Positions 1-11,257 of a stretch of DNA of 64,000 nt are shown here, piece by piece. Source of the DNA: a virus; IMG/VR virus record IMGVR_UViG_3300041964_000014, positions 47,189 to 111,188 of that record; one strand, written 5' to 3'. The notes beneath the pieces are model-generated. The model did no database searches and was not told the DNA's origin. It saw nothing but the letters and a program-made list of their open reading frames with translations. A program made the translations under genes and the position numbers. Position 1 is the stretch's first letter. Each line of letters starts with the position of its first letter.

Positions 1-1271
1 ATTAAGCCGCTCACATGACGTTGCAAGGTATCTATAGCCGCCTGTCCATTGCTTTTCTTTTCAATTAGTATTGCCCTAATCTCTGGATACTTCAACTTAA
101 AAGAAACAATAGCCTCAATCTGTTGTGGGAATGTTAGTTTTGCCCTAATACAATCTACCAAGTATCTCCGACTACCGACTTTGCCCCACACAGTTCCGAC
201 ACAATAGTCATTCTTATTACTATTAGCTAAATCCCACGACGCTACCAATATGTCGAAATGATCTGGGAGTCCCGCATCAGAATACTCATTTATTTGTTCG
301 GACTTGACATACCCCCCACCTTTCGGGACTGGTTGTTGTTGGAACTGGCTAGCCCATCTCCATTCACCTTTACGTTTTTCTTTAGCTACCGTTTCCTCAC
401 TCATTAGGTTGGGGGCTAATAACTCTCCCGGTTCACGGCGGGGATCTTCAAAGCCTAGCGAAGTAGTATAAGTACGCTCCGGATCGTATTCAATTGGTAG
501 TGCAAAGTAATCCCAACCACTATCCTGCGACAACACACGCCCAATTAAATCGTCTTCTGCCAGTCTCTGATGCACAATCAACTGTGTAAAGGTCTCAGGA
601 GTCTCCCAACGTGACGACATAGTATCGAAGTACCAATCACTCACTTTGTCTTTAGATACCCTTGAATGAGCTTCTAGAGCTTTGTGGGGGTCATCTATGA
701 TTAGTGTGCGACAACCTTCTCCCGTACCTTTACCTTCAATAGATGTGGCTAATCTAAAGCCTCCTTTATCGTTTTCATAGCGAGACTTTTGGTTAGTATC
801 GTGCCGCAGTTTAAATAATCGTCCCCACCTGTTTTGAAACCATGTTGTATTAATTAATCTACGGCTAGCTACTGCATCTCGCACAACCAAACTTTCACCA
901 TAACTCGCGGTAATAAAAGTATGTGTAGCATCTTGTATCCAGCACCATACCGGAAACGCCACACTACATATTGTGGATTTTGCATGACGTGGACTTACGG
1001 CTATGGCTAGTTTTTCAATTTGGCGAGTACGTAATGCCATTAAGTGTTCACAAATGGCATCTACGTACCAGTTCTCTTTAAACTCCCCTCGTGCTATGTG
1101 TTGCCAGCTAGCTACTAGAAAATGATATAAATTAGCTTCTGCTAGTATTGTTAATTCTTCTTCTAGTAATACCTCTAATTCCGATTCTTCGTTAGTACTG
1201 TTATTTTCTAACTTAGCTATTTCAGCTTCAATTAGTTGTAGTTCTTTTAATAACGCATCTTTACTAGCCAT
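1..1271 (-). CDS. terL: Terminase large subunit (3' end runs off the window)
   Basis: Manual translation from ATG at 1271: MASKDALLKE...AVSPRHAKSTICSVAFPVW (Walker A-like PRHxKS), GKGTGEGCRTLIIDDPHK (Walker B), IVHQRLAEDDLIG, SQFQQQPVPKGGG, nuclease-domain SWD. Absent from the ORF track because it has no stop in the window. Confidence 0.92.
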   Translation of the reverse strand, partial: MASKDALLKELQLIEAEIAKLENNSTNEESELEVLLEEELTILAEANLYHFLVASWQHIARGEFKENWYVDAICEHLMALRTRQIEKLAIAVSPRHAKSTICSVAFPVWCWIQDATHTFITASYGESLVVRDAVASRRLINTTWFQNRWGRLFKLRHDTNQKSRYENDKGGFRLATSIEGKGTGEGCRTLIIDDPHKALEAHSRVSKDKVSDWYFDTMSSRWETPETFTQLIVHQRLAEDDLIGRVLSQDSGWDYFALPIEYDPERTYTTSLGFEDPRREPGELLAPNLMSEETVAKEKRKGEWRWASQFQQQPVPKGGGYVKSEQINEYSDAGLPDHFDILVASWDLANSNKNDYCVGTVWGKVGSRRYLVDCIRAKLTFPQQIEAIVSFKLKYPEIRAILIEKKSNGQAAIDTLQRHVSGL

Positions 1272-1273
1272 AA

Positions 1274-2095
1274 TTAATTAGATACCTTCATTAAACTACC
1301 CAATTTATCCAACACTTTAATAAAGATGTTAGTACTCTCAATATGTGGCACTAAATGGCTTTCAATTGTTGCCACTAATTCCTCAATCTTACGGTTAATA
1401 CTACGTACTTTATCCAAGCTATTGTATTGAACAAATACAGCCCCAATATCTCGTTCTTCTTTGTCTACATTACCTCGCAACAAAAAACAGTAGTATCCTT
1501 CCACACCCATACGTAACATACGTTGTTTACTAGTACTACTATTTTTAGAATCTCCAAAACTATTAGGGGTTATAAATACATAGTTTGTGGGTAGTAATTC
1601 CTGAAACTCCTCGTTATCATAAGCTTTCTTTTTTACTAGTGCCAAATCTTCGGCATACAAACTAAGCGGTATTTCCCTCAAATTAAACGCTACTGTAGCT
1701 ACCCCATTATCTACTGTTTCATGTGTGATAGTTAGTTTGCTATAAGAGTATCCCCCGTAATAGTTCTGCCCGTTATGAAACTGAGCAATTAATACGCGAC
1801 TAGCACAGCTTTCAGCTAGTATACGCCCCAACAGTGAATTGATATGGTGTTCTGTTTCGACAGGTAGTGCCAACGATCTTTTGGCTGCCGATAACTTTGG
1901 TTGCAATATGTTTTTACTTACCCAACCCAACACCAACAGCGAAACTAACCCTAGCGTTTGTCCCCCCACAACTATTAACTTGTCTTTGATTGGGGCATCG
2001 TCTTGTGAATTTGGTGGTACTGTTATAACAGAAGCCCCGCTTTTGTCTTGTTTAATTATATTGGTGTTGTCATTCGCTAATATCATTTGGCTCAC
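1274..2095 (-). CDS. Single-TM membrane protein with a GAF-like periplasmic/cytosolic domain
   Basis: Hydrophobic segment LIVVGGQTLGLVSLLVLGWV, then ASRVLIAQFHNG...IGAVFVQY, a GAF-like pattern; lies between terS and terL. Confidence 0.45.
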   Translation of the reverse strand: MSQMILANDNTNIIKQDKSGASVITVPPNSQDDAPIKDKLIVVGGQTLGLVSLLVLGWVSKNILQPKLSAAKRSLALPVETEHHINSLLGRILAESCASRVLIAQFHNGQNYYGGYSYSKLTITHETVDNGVATVAFNLREIPLSLYAEDLALVKKKAYDNEEFQELLPTNYVFITPNSFGDSKNSSTSKQRMLRMGVEGYYCFLLRGNVDKEERDIGAVFVQYNSLDKVRSINRKIEELVATIESHLVPHIESTNIFIKVLDKLGSLMKVSN

Positions 2096-2810
2096 TTAAA
2101 TCCTGCATTTGTGATTCTATTTGACGTTTTTTCTTCATCAAGTCTTCCAACACCGATTGGCGACTTTCCACTGATTTTAATAAGTTATTAATACGTTGTT
2201 TACCTTGTTTTTTACCTGCTTTCTTATTGTTTTCGGCTTGCTCTAATTGTTGCAATTCTAATAGCTCATTGACAATCTTTTCAGCGTTTATAGGTTCTCC
2301 CATTATATTTCGGACTAGTGTATGCCCTTTACTAATTAGTCCTATAGCAGCCTCCAAGTCTTTGATTTTATGCGAACGAGCAAATGGGGATGCCTGAGTA
2401 ATATCTTCTTCCCCCGTTGTATCGGATAACAATGCTTCGGTGTCTAGCCATATATCTAATTGCTCGTATATCTTATCGAGCAGTATAAGGTTTTTAGCGT
2501 CGTAACGAGCGCTTTCACTCATTAGTGAGTTGACTTTTTCTTGCCCAATACGTCGCTTGATTTTTTGCTTGTACAGCTCCCTACGTTCTACCCATTTCTC
2601 TGTACGACATTTCTCAGCTAACCGCCTTACATCTATTTCGTATTTCTTAGCTAAATCAGCTTGAGAAGGGAAATACATATTGCGGGTGCCTGTATTGCTG
2701 TCTACTGTTATGCATCCGTGTATGTATTCTGCTTCGATGCTTAACCAGTCTATCTGACGCCGTGTAGACGCTGATCCTGGTTTGTGCTGTATCTGTCGGA
2801 TATCGTGCAT
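2070..2810 (-). CDS. Probable terminase small subunit
   Basis: IDWLSIEAEYI...SQADLAKKYEID...EKWVERRE HTH-type N-terminus typical of TerS, coiled-coil C-terminus, upstream of terL on the same strand. Confidence 0.65.
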   Translation of the reverse strand: MHDIRQIQHKPGSASTRRQIDWLSIEAEYIHGCITVDSNTGTRNMYFPSQADLAKKYEIDVRRLAEKCRTEKWVERRELYKQKIKRRIGQEKVNSLMSESARYDAKNLILLDKIYEQLDIWLDTEALLSDTTGEEDITQASPFARSHKIKDLEAAIGLISKGHTLVRNIMGEPINAEKIVNELLELQQLEQAENNKKAGKKQGKQRINNLLKSVESRQSVLEDLMKKKRQIESQMQDLSEPNDISE

Positions 2811-2974
2811 AAGTGTATATTGTGAAATACTGTTTATATACTGTTATTTTAGTGTAGTTTGATGTGGATTGATATAGGTACTGTTCTTGTGGAAAACGTT
2901 ACCCCCAATAACGTAGAATACCACACAGGCTAAAACGTATACACCGTATACCTTACACCAATTCAACAACACCA

Positions 2975-3003
2975 GTGACAAAGCAGGGGGTGAAAGGTAT
3001 TCT
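2975..3003 (+). promoter_or_regulatory. Candidate sigma70-type promoter for the + strand early region
   Basis: GTGACA-17 nt-TATTCT in the divergent intergenic region between terS and the first + strand gene. Confidence 0.4.
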
Positions 3004-3195
3004 ATATACATGGCGAGGGAATGGCTCTCGTAGCGCGTCGGTCGGTTACTTCCCCTTAATGGTAGGGGTATATACAGTAACCTTAATTACCCACTATGGT
3101 GATTAATTTAGTTGCTCTTAACTCAGCTATCTGTATATCAGTTAGTTGTATTGAGTGCAATGCACTCTCTTACCCTGTTTATCGAGGTTTTTATC

Positions 3196-3948
3196 ATGTC
3201 TGATTTTACTTTTCCCACAATTCAGATTACTTGTGTTGATACTAATCTAGTTGTCCCAGTCGAGACTAAACTGGCTAAAGGCAAGTTAGAAGACGTTTTC
3301 TACCGTATCGAGTTAGTGCGTGATTTTCCCACGTTAAGCATTGGTATATCATTAGGCACTCAATCCACCCAAACACCCGAAAAAGGCAAGCCCGGTTACA
3401 AAGTCAAGGGTACTAAGTACGTTGACTACTCACCGCTTATCGTTTACTCTTTCGATAAGCAAATGCAACCTAGCATTGATAAGTTCGATTTACTCGACCA
3501 ATCCCCATCAGTGGACGGCTCAACAGTGTATATATATACAAATGACAATAAGAAGGAAGCCCGCGACTACCCCAATCACTTAGACCTGATTAACTCACAT
3601 ATCCTACCTATGGCTGTGAGATTGCTGTTTAATCCGAAATACATAGGTGCCAGGTTCTCTAGTTGGCTATACGTCGGCTTAAAGCTTATCACCCTCATTA
3701 CTGAGAGAATTGACAAGACAGAGGATAACGGCTTTATTAAGACACTACAACCAATCACACAAGAAGCACTGTTTGAAGCGGTTACCAGTGCCCAGAGTGA
3801 ATTACACAGTGCTAAAGCATACGTTACCGAGACTCATACAAAGATTGCTGAATCAATCCGTAGCAAGCAGAAGCAGTTACCTAATGTACCCGCTACCGTG
3901 ACTGTTGAAGCTGAAGTTAAACCAGTTATATCAACAGAAACCAAGTAA
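3196..3948 (+). CDS. Hypothetical protein (likely start MSDFTFP at 3196)
   Basis: ORF 3112..3948; GAGG RBS precedes ATG 3196; no recognised motif. Confidence 0.7.
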   Translation: MSDFTFPTIQITCVDTNLVVPVETKLAKGKLEDVFYRIELVRDFPTLSIGISLGTQSTQTPEKGKPGYKVKGTKYVDYSPLIVYSFDKQMQPSIDKFDLLDQSPSVDGSTVYIYTNDNKKEARDYPNHLDLINSHILPMAVRLLFNPKYIGARFSSWLYVGLKLITLITERIDKTEDNGFIKTLQPITQEALFEAVTSAQSELHSAKAYVTETHTKIAESIRSKQKQLPNVPATVTVEAEVKPVISTETK

Positions 3949-3957
3949 CGTGTACTA

Positions 3958-4016
3958 GTCCGAAACAATAAGAGGCGAGGCGGCTCAAATGTCACTTACC
4001 CTTATTGATTTCGGAC
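3958..4016. repeat. Inverted pair of the GTCCGAAAYAATAAG motif
   Basis: gtccgaaacaataag ... cttattgatttcggac. Confidence 0.9.
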
Positions 4017-4105
4017 AGCATCCCGTCTCTATCTTTCCTTTCACGGATAGATAGACAGGGGATAAATGCCTCTAACACACAGTACTCTAATGGTGAGTAA
4101 CACAA

Positions 4106-6601
4106 ATGACTAACTACGACGCTTTAAACAAATCTGAACTTTGGGCACTAATCAAGACTCGTCAGAACACTGCGGGTGTACATAGCAGTATCAACGATAT
4201 CGTGTGGCAAACATCTAAGCGCGATATGGTGTATGCGCTTATCTGGGATGATAACCAACATATACACTTACCTGTGCCAGAGGTAGTTAGTGCTGAAGCT
4301 GTTAGTGATGACTTCTCGCTATGGGATGAGATAGTTAGTGAAGCGTTAGGGGAAGAAATAGTCGATAGTACCCCCCCTACCCTTAGCGGAACTGTAGTAC
4401 ACGAACCAACCAACCAAATAATTCCTAAAGCTGATGTGATAACAGAATCACATACATCAACCGAAGTATCTCCCCCAAAACTTGATGTGATAACAAGTAC
4501 CACAAGTACGGTGGATACTACAGAGGTAGCTAACGTAATTACCTCCACAAAAAAATCAACCACTACAAAAGCAAGTGTTAGTTCTGCGAAAGCACTCACA
4601 AATACACCGGATACTGTAATAACCCGTACCACTGTTTACACATGGCAATATTTAGACCATGAGATGAGCGGACGCTGGAAACAGATCACTGAGCAAGAAA
4701 GCATTGAGCAATATATAGAGTTTTTGGAAGCGGTTAACGCTCATTTGCAAGCTAACAATGCTAAGACGTTCTTAGTCAGGAATTGTACTCTATCCGTAAA
4801 AATGAAACCTCGGATAGTAAAAGAGCAAGATGTAAATGGACGTACCTTAAACCGTATAGACCGTTCGGCTCAAAAGAACAATATGTACGATAACCGCAAT
4901 CGTACATCTATGGCTACCACTGAAACAGCTGGTAGAAATATTGGTGAAGCTGCTGTTAAAGCGTCGGTACTGTTTCAAGCTAGTCGCTACATACCTCAAG
5001 CTATTCGGGTAAACAATGCTTGGAATATCGACGGGATTGACACAATAAGTGTTAACGGTAAGCAAGTTTATCCGGTATCGCTTACAGCAGCTATTGACGA
5101 GAGTGAGCCTGTAAATCAAGACTTACCCACTAAGGTGTTGAAACGTCGTGAAATATCGGCAGAGAAAAAGGTTGAAGGTCGTTCTTTCTCTCATATCCGG
5201 GGAAAAATCAACAACGGTTTATCACCATCGTTTAAGGACGGTGATAAGTTCTTCTGCTTTCAAGTAGACAGCAATAACCGAGTGTCGTTGTGGCTACTCT
5301 CTAATGATGTAAACCATACTGTGTCAGCCAGTGATTTAGTTAAGGGTAGGAAGCTAGCCGATATCGGTTACGTAGAGGCACAACCGTATCAAGAGACTGA
5401 ATTTGTCAATGTCACAATGGACATGATTAAAGGAGGGCAAGAAGCACGGGTTGAACGCTTTGACTGGATACGTAAGCAACTAAATAAACAGTGGCTTGAT
5501 TCCGATGAAGCTATTTATCAATTCCTATCCAACCTAAAAAAAGTAAATGGCGAGGCGCTTGTTATCACAAACCTACAAGTTATCGATGGTGTTGTAACTG
5601 GTAACCTGTATGGCAGCAAGCTAATTATCCGTAAGAGAAATGTTACAAAGCATCGTGTAGTATTTCACCCTGTAATCCGTTCGAGCTTTGGAATGGGGGA
5701 GCGCAACAAAAAAACTGGTAGCAAAATCATTAGAGATACTGCTGTAAGTCGTAGCGATGCTTATGACCGCATAATCGCAGCAGCTAATACTTGGCTGTTT
5801 GGGATTGGTGGCAGTGTGCTAAGTGACCTTAACGTGAGGACAGACGGGTTAACACATCGTAACCAGGTAATAGGGTTGCATAACGCTCAACGTAACGCCC
5901 GTACACGGGAAAGGTTTGATGGAACTAAGAAATCGCTTCGCAATCCGAAAGATAGAAAGTACATTGCAAAGCTGCTAACCCGGTTCACTACTAACGGGAT
6001 ATTCACCCGTACAGACGGAGATTACATCGGTAAGCTAACCAAAACAGATGGCTCTCAATTAACCGAGAGCGAGATTACACGCATTACTGAAGTAGTAATG
6101 AACAACTACCCCGTAAATAAACCATTAGCCACTTTATTCACTCCCTCTCACTTTGACTCTCCTGAAGAATGGCAGAGTACATTCCTGAACTTGTTAAAAG
6201 CTTATGGGGATATCGAGGTGGCTATCCTAGAAGATGGCAAACTACTAACATACAACACAGGTAATCAGGTTCTTGAAGGATACGCACGAGAGCTGTACTC
6301 ATATCTGCAAAGTATGGGTAAGGAAGTAGACACACTCACAATGAACGGTGCTATAGAGCTATTACAGATGTCTCCCTCATCACCGTATAAGGAAATTCTG
6401 TTAAGGGTGCCTAACGTAGCACAGCTTAATGGTAGTCAATCCTTGAGATTGTTAGCAGGGCATGACAGAGCTGAGGCAATCGCTCAACGTCGCAAGGAAA
6501 GTATCTACAATCTGACGGTAGGTTTAGAGGTAGCAAAGCTAGACAAAGTAGCTGCTGATAAAGCAGCTAAACTAGCCAAGCTAACGCAACATCTCAAATA
6601 A
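4106..6601 (+). CDS. Large hypothetical protein (831 aa) with a small N-terminal helical domain and a T/S-rich linker
   Basis: Long ORF; N-terminus YDALNKSELWALIKTR resembles Rho-N/SAP-like helix-extension-helix; no catalytic motif recognised. Confidence 0.75.
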   Translation: MTNYDALNKSELWALIKTRQNTAGVHSSINDIVWQTSKRDMVYALIWDDNQHIHLPVPEVVSAEAVSDDFSLWDEIVSEALGEEIVDSTPPTLSGTVVHEPTNQIIPKADVITESHTSTEVSPPKLDVITSTTSTVDTTEVANVITSTKKSTTTKASVSSAKALTNTPDTVITRTTVYTWQYLDHEMSGRWKQITEQESIEQYIEFLEAVNAHLQANNAKTFLVRNCTLSVKMKPRIVKEQDVNGRTLNRIDRSAQKNNMYDNRNRTSMATTETAGRNIGEAAVKASVLFQASRYIPQAIRVNNAWNIDGIDTISVNGKQVYPVSLTAAIDESEPVNQDLPTKVLKRREISAEKKVEGRSFSHIRGKINNGLSPSFKDGDKFFCFQVDSNNRVSLWLLSNDVNHTVSASDLVKGRKLADIGYVEAQPYQETEFVNVTMDMIKGGQEARVERFDWIRKQLNKQWLDSDEAIYQFLSNLKKVNGEALVITNLQVIDGVVTGNLYGSKLIIRKRNVTKHRVVFHPVIRSSFGMGERNKKTGSKIIRDTAVSRSDAYDRIIAAANTWLFGIGGSVLSDLNVRTDGLTHRNQVIGLHNAQRNARTRERFDGTKKSLRNPKDRKYIAKLLTRFTTNGIFTRTDGDYIGKLTKTDGSQLTESEITRITEVVMNNYPVNKPLATLFTPSHFDSPEEWQSTFLNLLKAYGDIEVAILEDGKLLTYNTGNQVLEGYARELYSYLQSMGKEVDTLTMNGAIELLQMSPSSPYKEILLRVPNVAQLNGSQSLRLLAGHDRAEAIAQRRKESIYNLTVGLEVAKLDKVAADKAAKLAKLTQHLK

Positions 6602-6641
6602 ACCGCTTAGTTATCTACTCTAAAACTGAATACCACTAATT

Positions 6642-6690
6642 AGCTTACCAGGTTAACTCTCTAACGAGGGTTAATTTGGTAGGCTTTTTT
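6642..6690 (+). terminator. Intrinsic terminator
   Basis: agcttaccaggttaactctc-taac-gagggttaatttggtaggct followed by a T run. Confidence 0.75.
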
Positions 6691-8092
6691 GTTGTGTGAG
6701 TATGTGCAACTTTTTTCTTTGTTGTTAAAGGTATTAATCGTATGCAAGAACAACCACTAAATCCCGGTCATTATGTTGAGGCTTGCGAAAGAGCTTTTCT
6801 AGCATCTAAATTTCTAGAAACAATAGCAGACCATCCTGTGTTTTTATCTAACACAGAGCTAAAGAAACAATGGGATACTGTGCAAGAACTGGTAGCAGAT
6901 ATCTACCAGCTTGCTGGGACTCTAATGTATTACTCGGAGAATGCAGAGAATAGTCCGAAATAATGGGGTGGAGTTTTTTTTGTTGTTGTGGGGAATTGTA
7001 TTATGGTTACAATGAGAGCCGTTGTTGAAACTTTAAATGCAGTTAATTTTATAGGTACTAACTGTAGTTTTTTTTCATGCTTAATCCCCCAAACAGTTTA
7101 GATCAAATCAGACAAGCAGTAACGGGAGTATCGTTAGTAGCTGGTCGTAGTACTAATTTAGATACCCTAAAAGCGAATACCAGTATCTGTAGTTACAGTA
7201 GCTACTGCGACAATCTTGTAGTAGGTATAAAGTTTACTTGTTTTAACCTATCTAATTTAAACCAAGTTAAACAAGTAGCTACTACTGTTATTAAGAATGT
7301 GCATCCTAACCCACTACAAATAAAGCCTGTAGTGCTGTTAGAAACAGGGGTTAGTTTTGTTATTGGAGTAACACTAGTAAAGTTGCAGCGATAAGTATGC
7401 CTAAACAACCATCTCGTTTATGGGCTATTGCTGAAGGTACTTACCAACAGCATCAGATCAATGAAGCGCTACTGAAAAATAAATCCCGCCGTGAAGAACA
7501 GAAAAGGTTCGCTGAAAATACACGACGATTTTCTTTGGCACTTACGAAAGTGTTAGGTACACAGCTATATAAGGAGCTTATTTGTTTCGGACTCCGGTAT
7601 GAGTTGCACGACTACAACAACGGATTGCATGGTGCTGAACTACATTTCTGTGAAACATTAGTAGTAATTCTGTTCAACCATAGTTCGCTTAGTTTTGGCT
7701 TAGACGTAGGAGGTAAACGGATATTTAGTATGGAACGGGAGGAGGAATTCAAGACTAAGTTTCTAACTGAACTCGGAAGATTGATTGTGGAGTGTAAGGA
7801 GAAGTATCGGATTAGTTAGGTAATAGTCCGAAACAAATAAGAGAATTTTTTTAGTTAGTAATGGAGTAATCTCATGCGCGTTAAAGTACTCAACAATCGA
7901 ACGATAGTTGGAGATAATCTCCACGATCTTTTAGTCCAAGCTTATGGAGGTACTATCGAGGACTATCAATACGGAGACACTATCGATTCTAAGGAGGAGC
8001 CGTATCGCCACTGTGTACTTTTCAGAAATGGAAAGCAAGAGATGATTCAAAAAGTGAATTTAGTCAATGTAAGAGCTTTGTAGGTAAATCAC

Positions 8093-8464
8093 ATGAGTAA
8101 ACTCAAAGTGCTAGGAGTTGCAGTTTTAGTTGTTGGCAGTATTGTTCTGTCAGCAGCAAGTGGGATGTTTTACTACTCGAAGCGAGAGATAGTAGAAGTC
8201 AAGATCTTTGATACTGCTATTAAGCGTAGCGAAGAAGATGGTATAGATAAATACCTGGTATACACTAACAGCGAGGTATTTGAGAATGTTGGTGATGTGT
8301 GGATAGGGAAGTTGGATAGTTCTGATGTGCAAAATCAGCTTATCCAAGCCAAGCAAAAGATCTGCACTATCGATGTGGTAGGTTACAGGCTACATTCTCG
8401 ATCTGTGTATCGCAACGTACTTAGAATTGAAGAGTGTCGAGATGTTCCAGCAATATCGGAGTAA
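8093..8464 (+). CDS. Membrane-anchored phage protein (DUF1523-like)
   Basis: N-terminal TM, then KYLVYT...EVFEN...GKLDSSDVQ...VVGYR...YRNVL. Confidence 0.45.
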   Translation: MSKLKVLGVAVLVVGSIVLSAASGMFYYSKREIVEVKIFDTAIKRSEEDGIDKYLVYTNSEVFENVGDVWIGKLDSSDVQNQLIQAKQKICTIDVVGYRLHSRSVYRNVLRIEECRDVPAISE

Positions 8465-9163
8465 TTAACTATGTGCGATTTAGATAGAGTTTGGATAGTG
8501 TATCATTCCGATTGCTACAGTATCTGTCCGGATACAAATACAGGAGGGGTTAGCATCTTGGGTACGTTTGCTGATGAAACAGATGCAACGGATTTCCGAA
8601 ACCAGCAAGATGCTGATAACCTAGATTGTATCTTCATTCAGAGTAGTACTTGGCAGGCGAGAAAGTTGGCACAAGACAATCCGCCGGGTATTCGTAATGA
8701 CCTGTACTTTGCAGTGGAAATACTCGACAGTTGTTATAAGTCCGTTGGATTCATGGATAACGATGGTAAGGTTTCTCCTATCGTTTTTTGGATACATGAA
8801 AATCAAGTGGCTCGTTTGGGCAACATAGTAATTTCGCAGAAAATGTATCCTACTTTCGTAGCTACTAAAACTTTTCGAGAATTAACTCCCGAAGAATACC
8901 AACAAACTATCTTGGAGTAACTATTATGTCTGATTGCGACGAGATTTCTGATAAAACAAGTGCAGAGCTAGATGCGATTAGCAAAAAGCTGTTCGATGGA
9001 GACGCATCTTATGTTACGCAAGGAGACAAGACATACAAACTGCGGCACTTTCCAGCTATCTATCCTGGCTATTCTGTATATAGCCAGGATAGTAAGGGAT
9101 ACCGGATAGTTTACAAAAAGTACGGTTGTCTCACTCGCCCTTATTAGTTTTAGGAGTCACACA

Positions 9164-9349
9164 ATGGATTGCCATCACATTTTTCTTGACCAAAGCGAAA
9201 TGAATGTATACTACTGGCTATTTATGATACCTGTAGTGTGTTTTATTATCTACACCTATTGCAAGTATCCTAGCAAGCAAACAGCATACCGCATGGTGCT
9301 TATGGGGTATTTACTCGGTTGTATCGAAAGGGCGTTTCAAATCTGGTAA
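9164..9349 (+). CDS. Small 2-TM membrane protein, paralog 1
   Basis: HIFL...MIPVV...P..K/QTA...YLLGCI.RAF..W shared with 9405..9590. Confidence 0.7.
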   Translation: MDCHHIFLDQSEMNVYYWLFMIPVVCFIIYTYCKYPSKQTAYRMVLMGYLLGCIERAFQIW

Positions 9350-9404
9350 GTAGGAAATAGTTATCTCTGCCTCACTCGTCCACATTAGTTTTGGGAAATA
9401 ACCA

Positions 9405-9590
9405 ATGAACTTGTACCACATATTCCTCGAATCTAATCAATTCAACTGGAATTTCGCGATTGTAATGATCCCAGTTGTCACTGCTGTATTCATAACTTAC
9501 AGGGTACATCCGGGCATGAAAACTGCACTTACAACTAGCTTCTTGGCTTATCTTCTTGGGTGTATTGGACGAGCTTTTTATCTTTGGTAA
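9405..9590 (+). CDS. Small 2-TM membrane protein, paralog 2 (tandem duplicate)
   Basis: Same length (61 aa) and motifs as 9164..9349; similar upstream tcactcg...ttagtttt. Confidence 0.7.
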   Translation: MNLYHIFLESNQFNWNFAIVMIPVVTAVFITYRVHPGMKTALTTSFLAYLLGCIGRAFYLW

Positions 9591-9826
9591 ACGTATGAAA
9601 CTAAGTGAGTTTTTGACAGAAGGAAATAAGTTACTTAGAGAATTGGGGGACAGAGAAATCGCAATAGAAGTTTGCGATGGTGCAAATACGGGATACTACA
9701 CAGTACCCGATTTACAACTAAGTCATGGTGTAGTTATCATCCAAGAAAACTTACGTGTATCCGAGGAAGAACTCGAAGCGCTAAGGAAGCACTTTGTCTA
9801 GTCAATTGATTTGTTAGTAGATATGT

Positions 9827-9863
9827 GTCCGAAATAATAAGTGCCCCGCTATTTATTTCGGAC
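9827..9863. repeat. Inverted pair of the motif
   Basis: gtccgaaataataag-tgccccg-ctatttatttcggac. Confidence 0.9.
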
Positions 9864-10328
9864 TGCCTTTGTGATCTTTCTAGGGAGAAATTAAATGGCT
9901 AATTGGACAGATGAACTGAGCCATAACCCTGATGTAGTACTACGCATCAATACTCTTACACTGCTAATACATATTTCGGATAATGTGCCTGTAGCTGCAA
10001 TAAATGAGCTAACCGAAATTAATAAGAAAGCTGGGTTTCAATTAACATCAGAAAGACCGGGACTGTACGGGATTCATGTATCGTTTCCTTACAATATGTG
10101 TACACTTCAAGATGCGGTAGCCAAAATGTTTGCTGGTCATGGGTGCGTAGTTACAAAGCACTAGTCCAAAATAAATAGGAGATGCCTATGGATATCTATC
10201 TCACGGAGTCTAAAGCCAAAGAGTTAAGTGCGGCATTAGATCCAAATTGTGCATTGAAGGTAGTCTAGCAAGTAAGTTACTTGCTAGTAGACACACGGGA
10301 GCGAGAATTAACTAACTGTGAGTTAGTA

Positions 10329-10580
10329 ATGCAACCGCTGAAAAACACGCAATTAGTAGATACTAATCGTACCTACAGGGAGTTACTATTCATAGCATTG
10401 CCTCAAATAATTGATTGCGATCAAGAACACGAAAGGCAGCTTAAGTTAGTTGACCAACTCATGGAAATTGGGGAAGAAAATCTGTCGTCTGCCCAAAACG
10501 AATTACTAGGATTGCTAGTCGGATTAATTGCTGACTACGAAGATCGCACAGTAGATTTTCCCCGCAGTAAGGAACAATAG
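10329..10580 (+). CDS. HigA-antitoxin N-terminal-like protein (no HTH, no cognate toxin)
   Basis: TYRELL...PQIIDCDQEHERQL..VDQLM...LLGLLVGLIADYE resembles the toxin-binding N-domain of HigA-type antitoxins. Confidence 0.55.
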   Translation: MQPLKNTQLVDTNRTYRELLFIALPQIIDCDQEHERQLKLVDQLMEIGEENLSSAQNELLGLLVGLIADYEDRTVDFPRSKEQ

Positions 10581-10714
10581 GCTAACTGTCTTAGCCCTTA
10601 TTATTTCAGACGACTTGCTACTGGAGTAAATGATTGTGAGGGGAGTACCTTGGGGTACTTCTCCCAGAGTTTATAACTCTACTGTTACTTGTCTTTTACT
10701 GTAAGTATTAAGCT

Positions 10715-11257
10715 ATGCAGACATACAACATCAACCCAGTCGTACAAATTATTGCTGATCAAGAAGTCTCAGTTATTTCCTTGGGAGAACAAGGAAGGGG
10801 ACGTAAATATAAGCTGATTAAGTGTCCAAAGAATTTCACTAACCTAAGTGTGGTTGCACCTAAGCCGGGAATGCCAGGTAATGTGCGTTTAGTCGAAACC
10901 GAGGATAATAAGCCAGGTTTAATCATGAGAGTGTGTACACACTCCTCGTATGTTCGAGGTGCTAACGGTAATGTATCCGTACATCCCGACCACATTAAAA
11001 ATGTAGAAGTGATAACTGCTGGACAAGGCGCATTCGGTGCAGCTGGACGCACAGGTACATGGGATGACTTGCTGTTAGTGGTAACGGGGGAAACTGTCCT
11101 ACGTGTGAAACCTTCTAGGGGAGATGCCTACATCTTGAGGGTTAATGAAGATTTCACGGTTCAGAGGCTAACATACGCTGAGGCGGAAGTCCTAGAGGTT
11201 GATACATTGAGTTCCAGTACAACTTCTCGTGGGGAGTTCATCCGATTGTCTGTTTAG
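10715..11257 (+). CDS. Hypothetical phage protein
   Basis: 180-aa ORF with Gly-rich motifs LGEQGRGR and GQGAFGAAGRTGTWDD; followed by a ggggct/agcccc terminator hairpin. Confidence 0.7.
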   Translation: MQTYNINPVVQIIADQEVSVISLGEQGRGRKYKLIKCPKNFTNLSVVAPKPGMPGNVRLVETEDNKPGLIMRVCTHSSYVRGANGNVSVHPDHIKNVEVITAGQGAFGAAGRTGTWDDLLLVVTGETVLRVKPSRGDAYILRVNEDFTVQRLTYAEAEVLEVDTLSSSTTSRGEFIRLSV

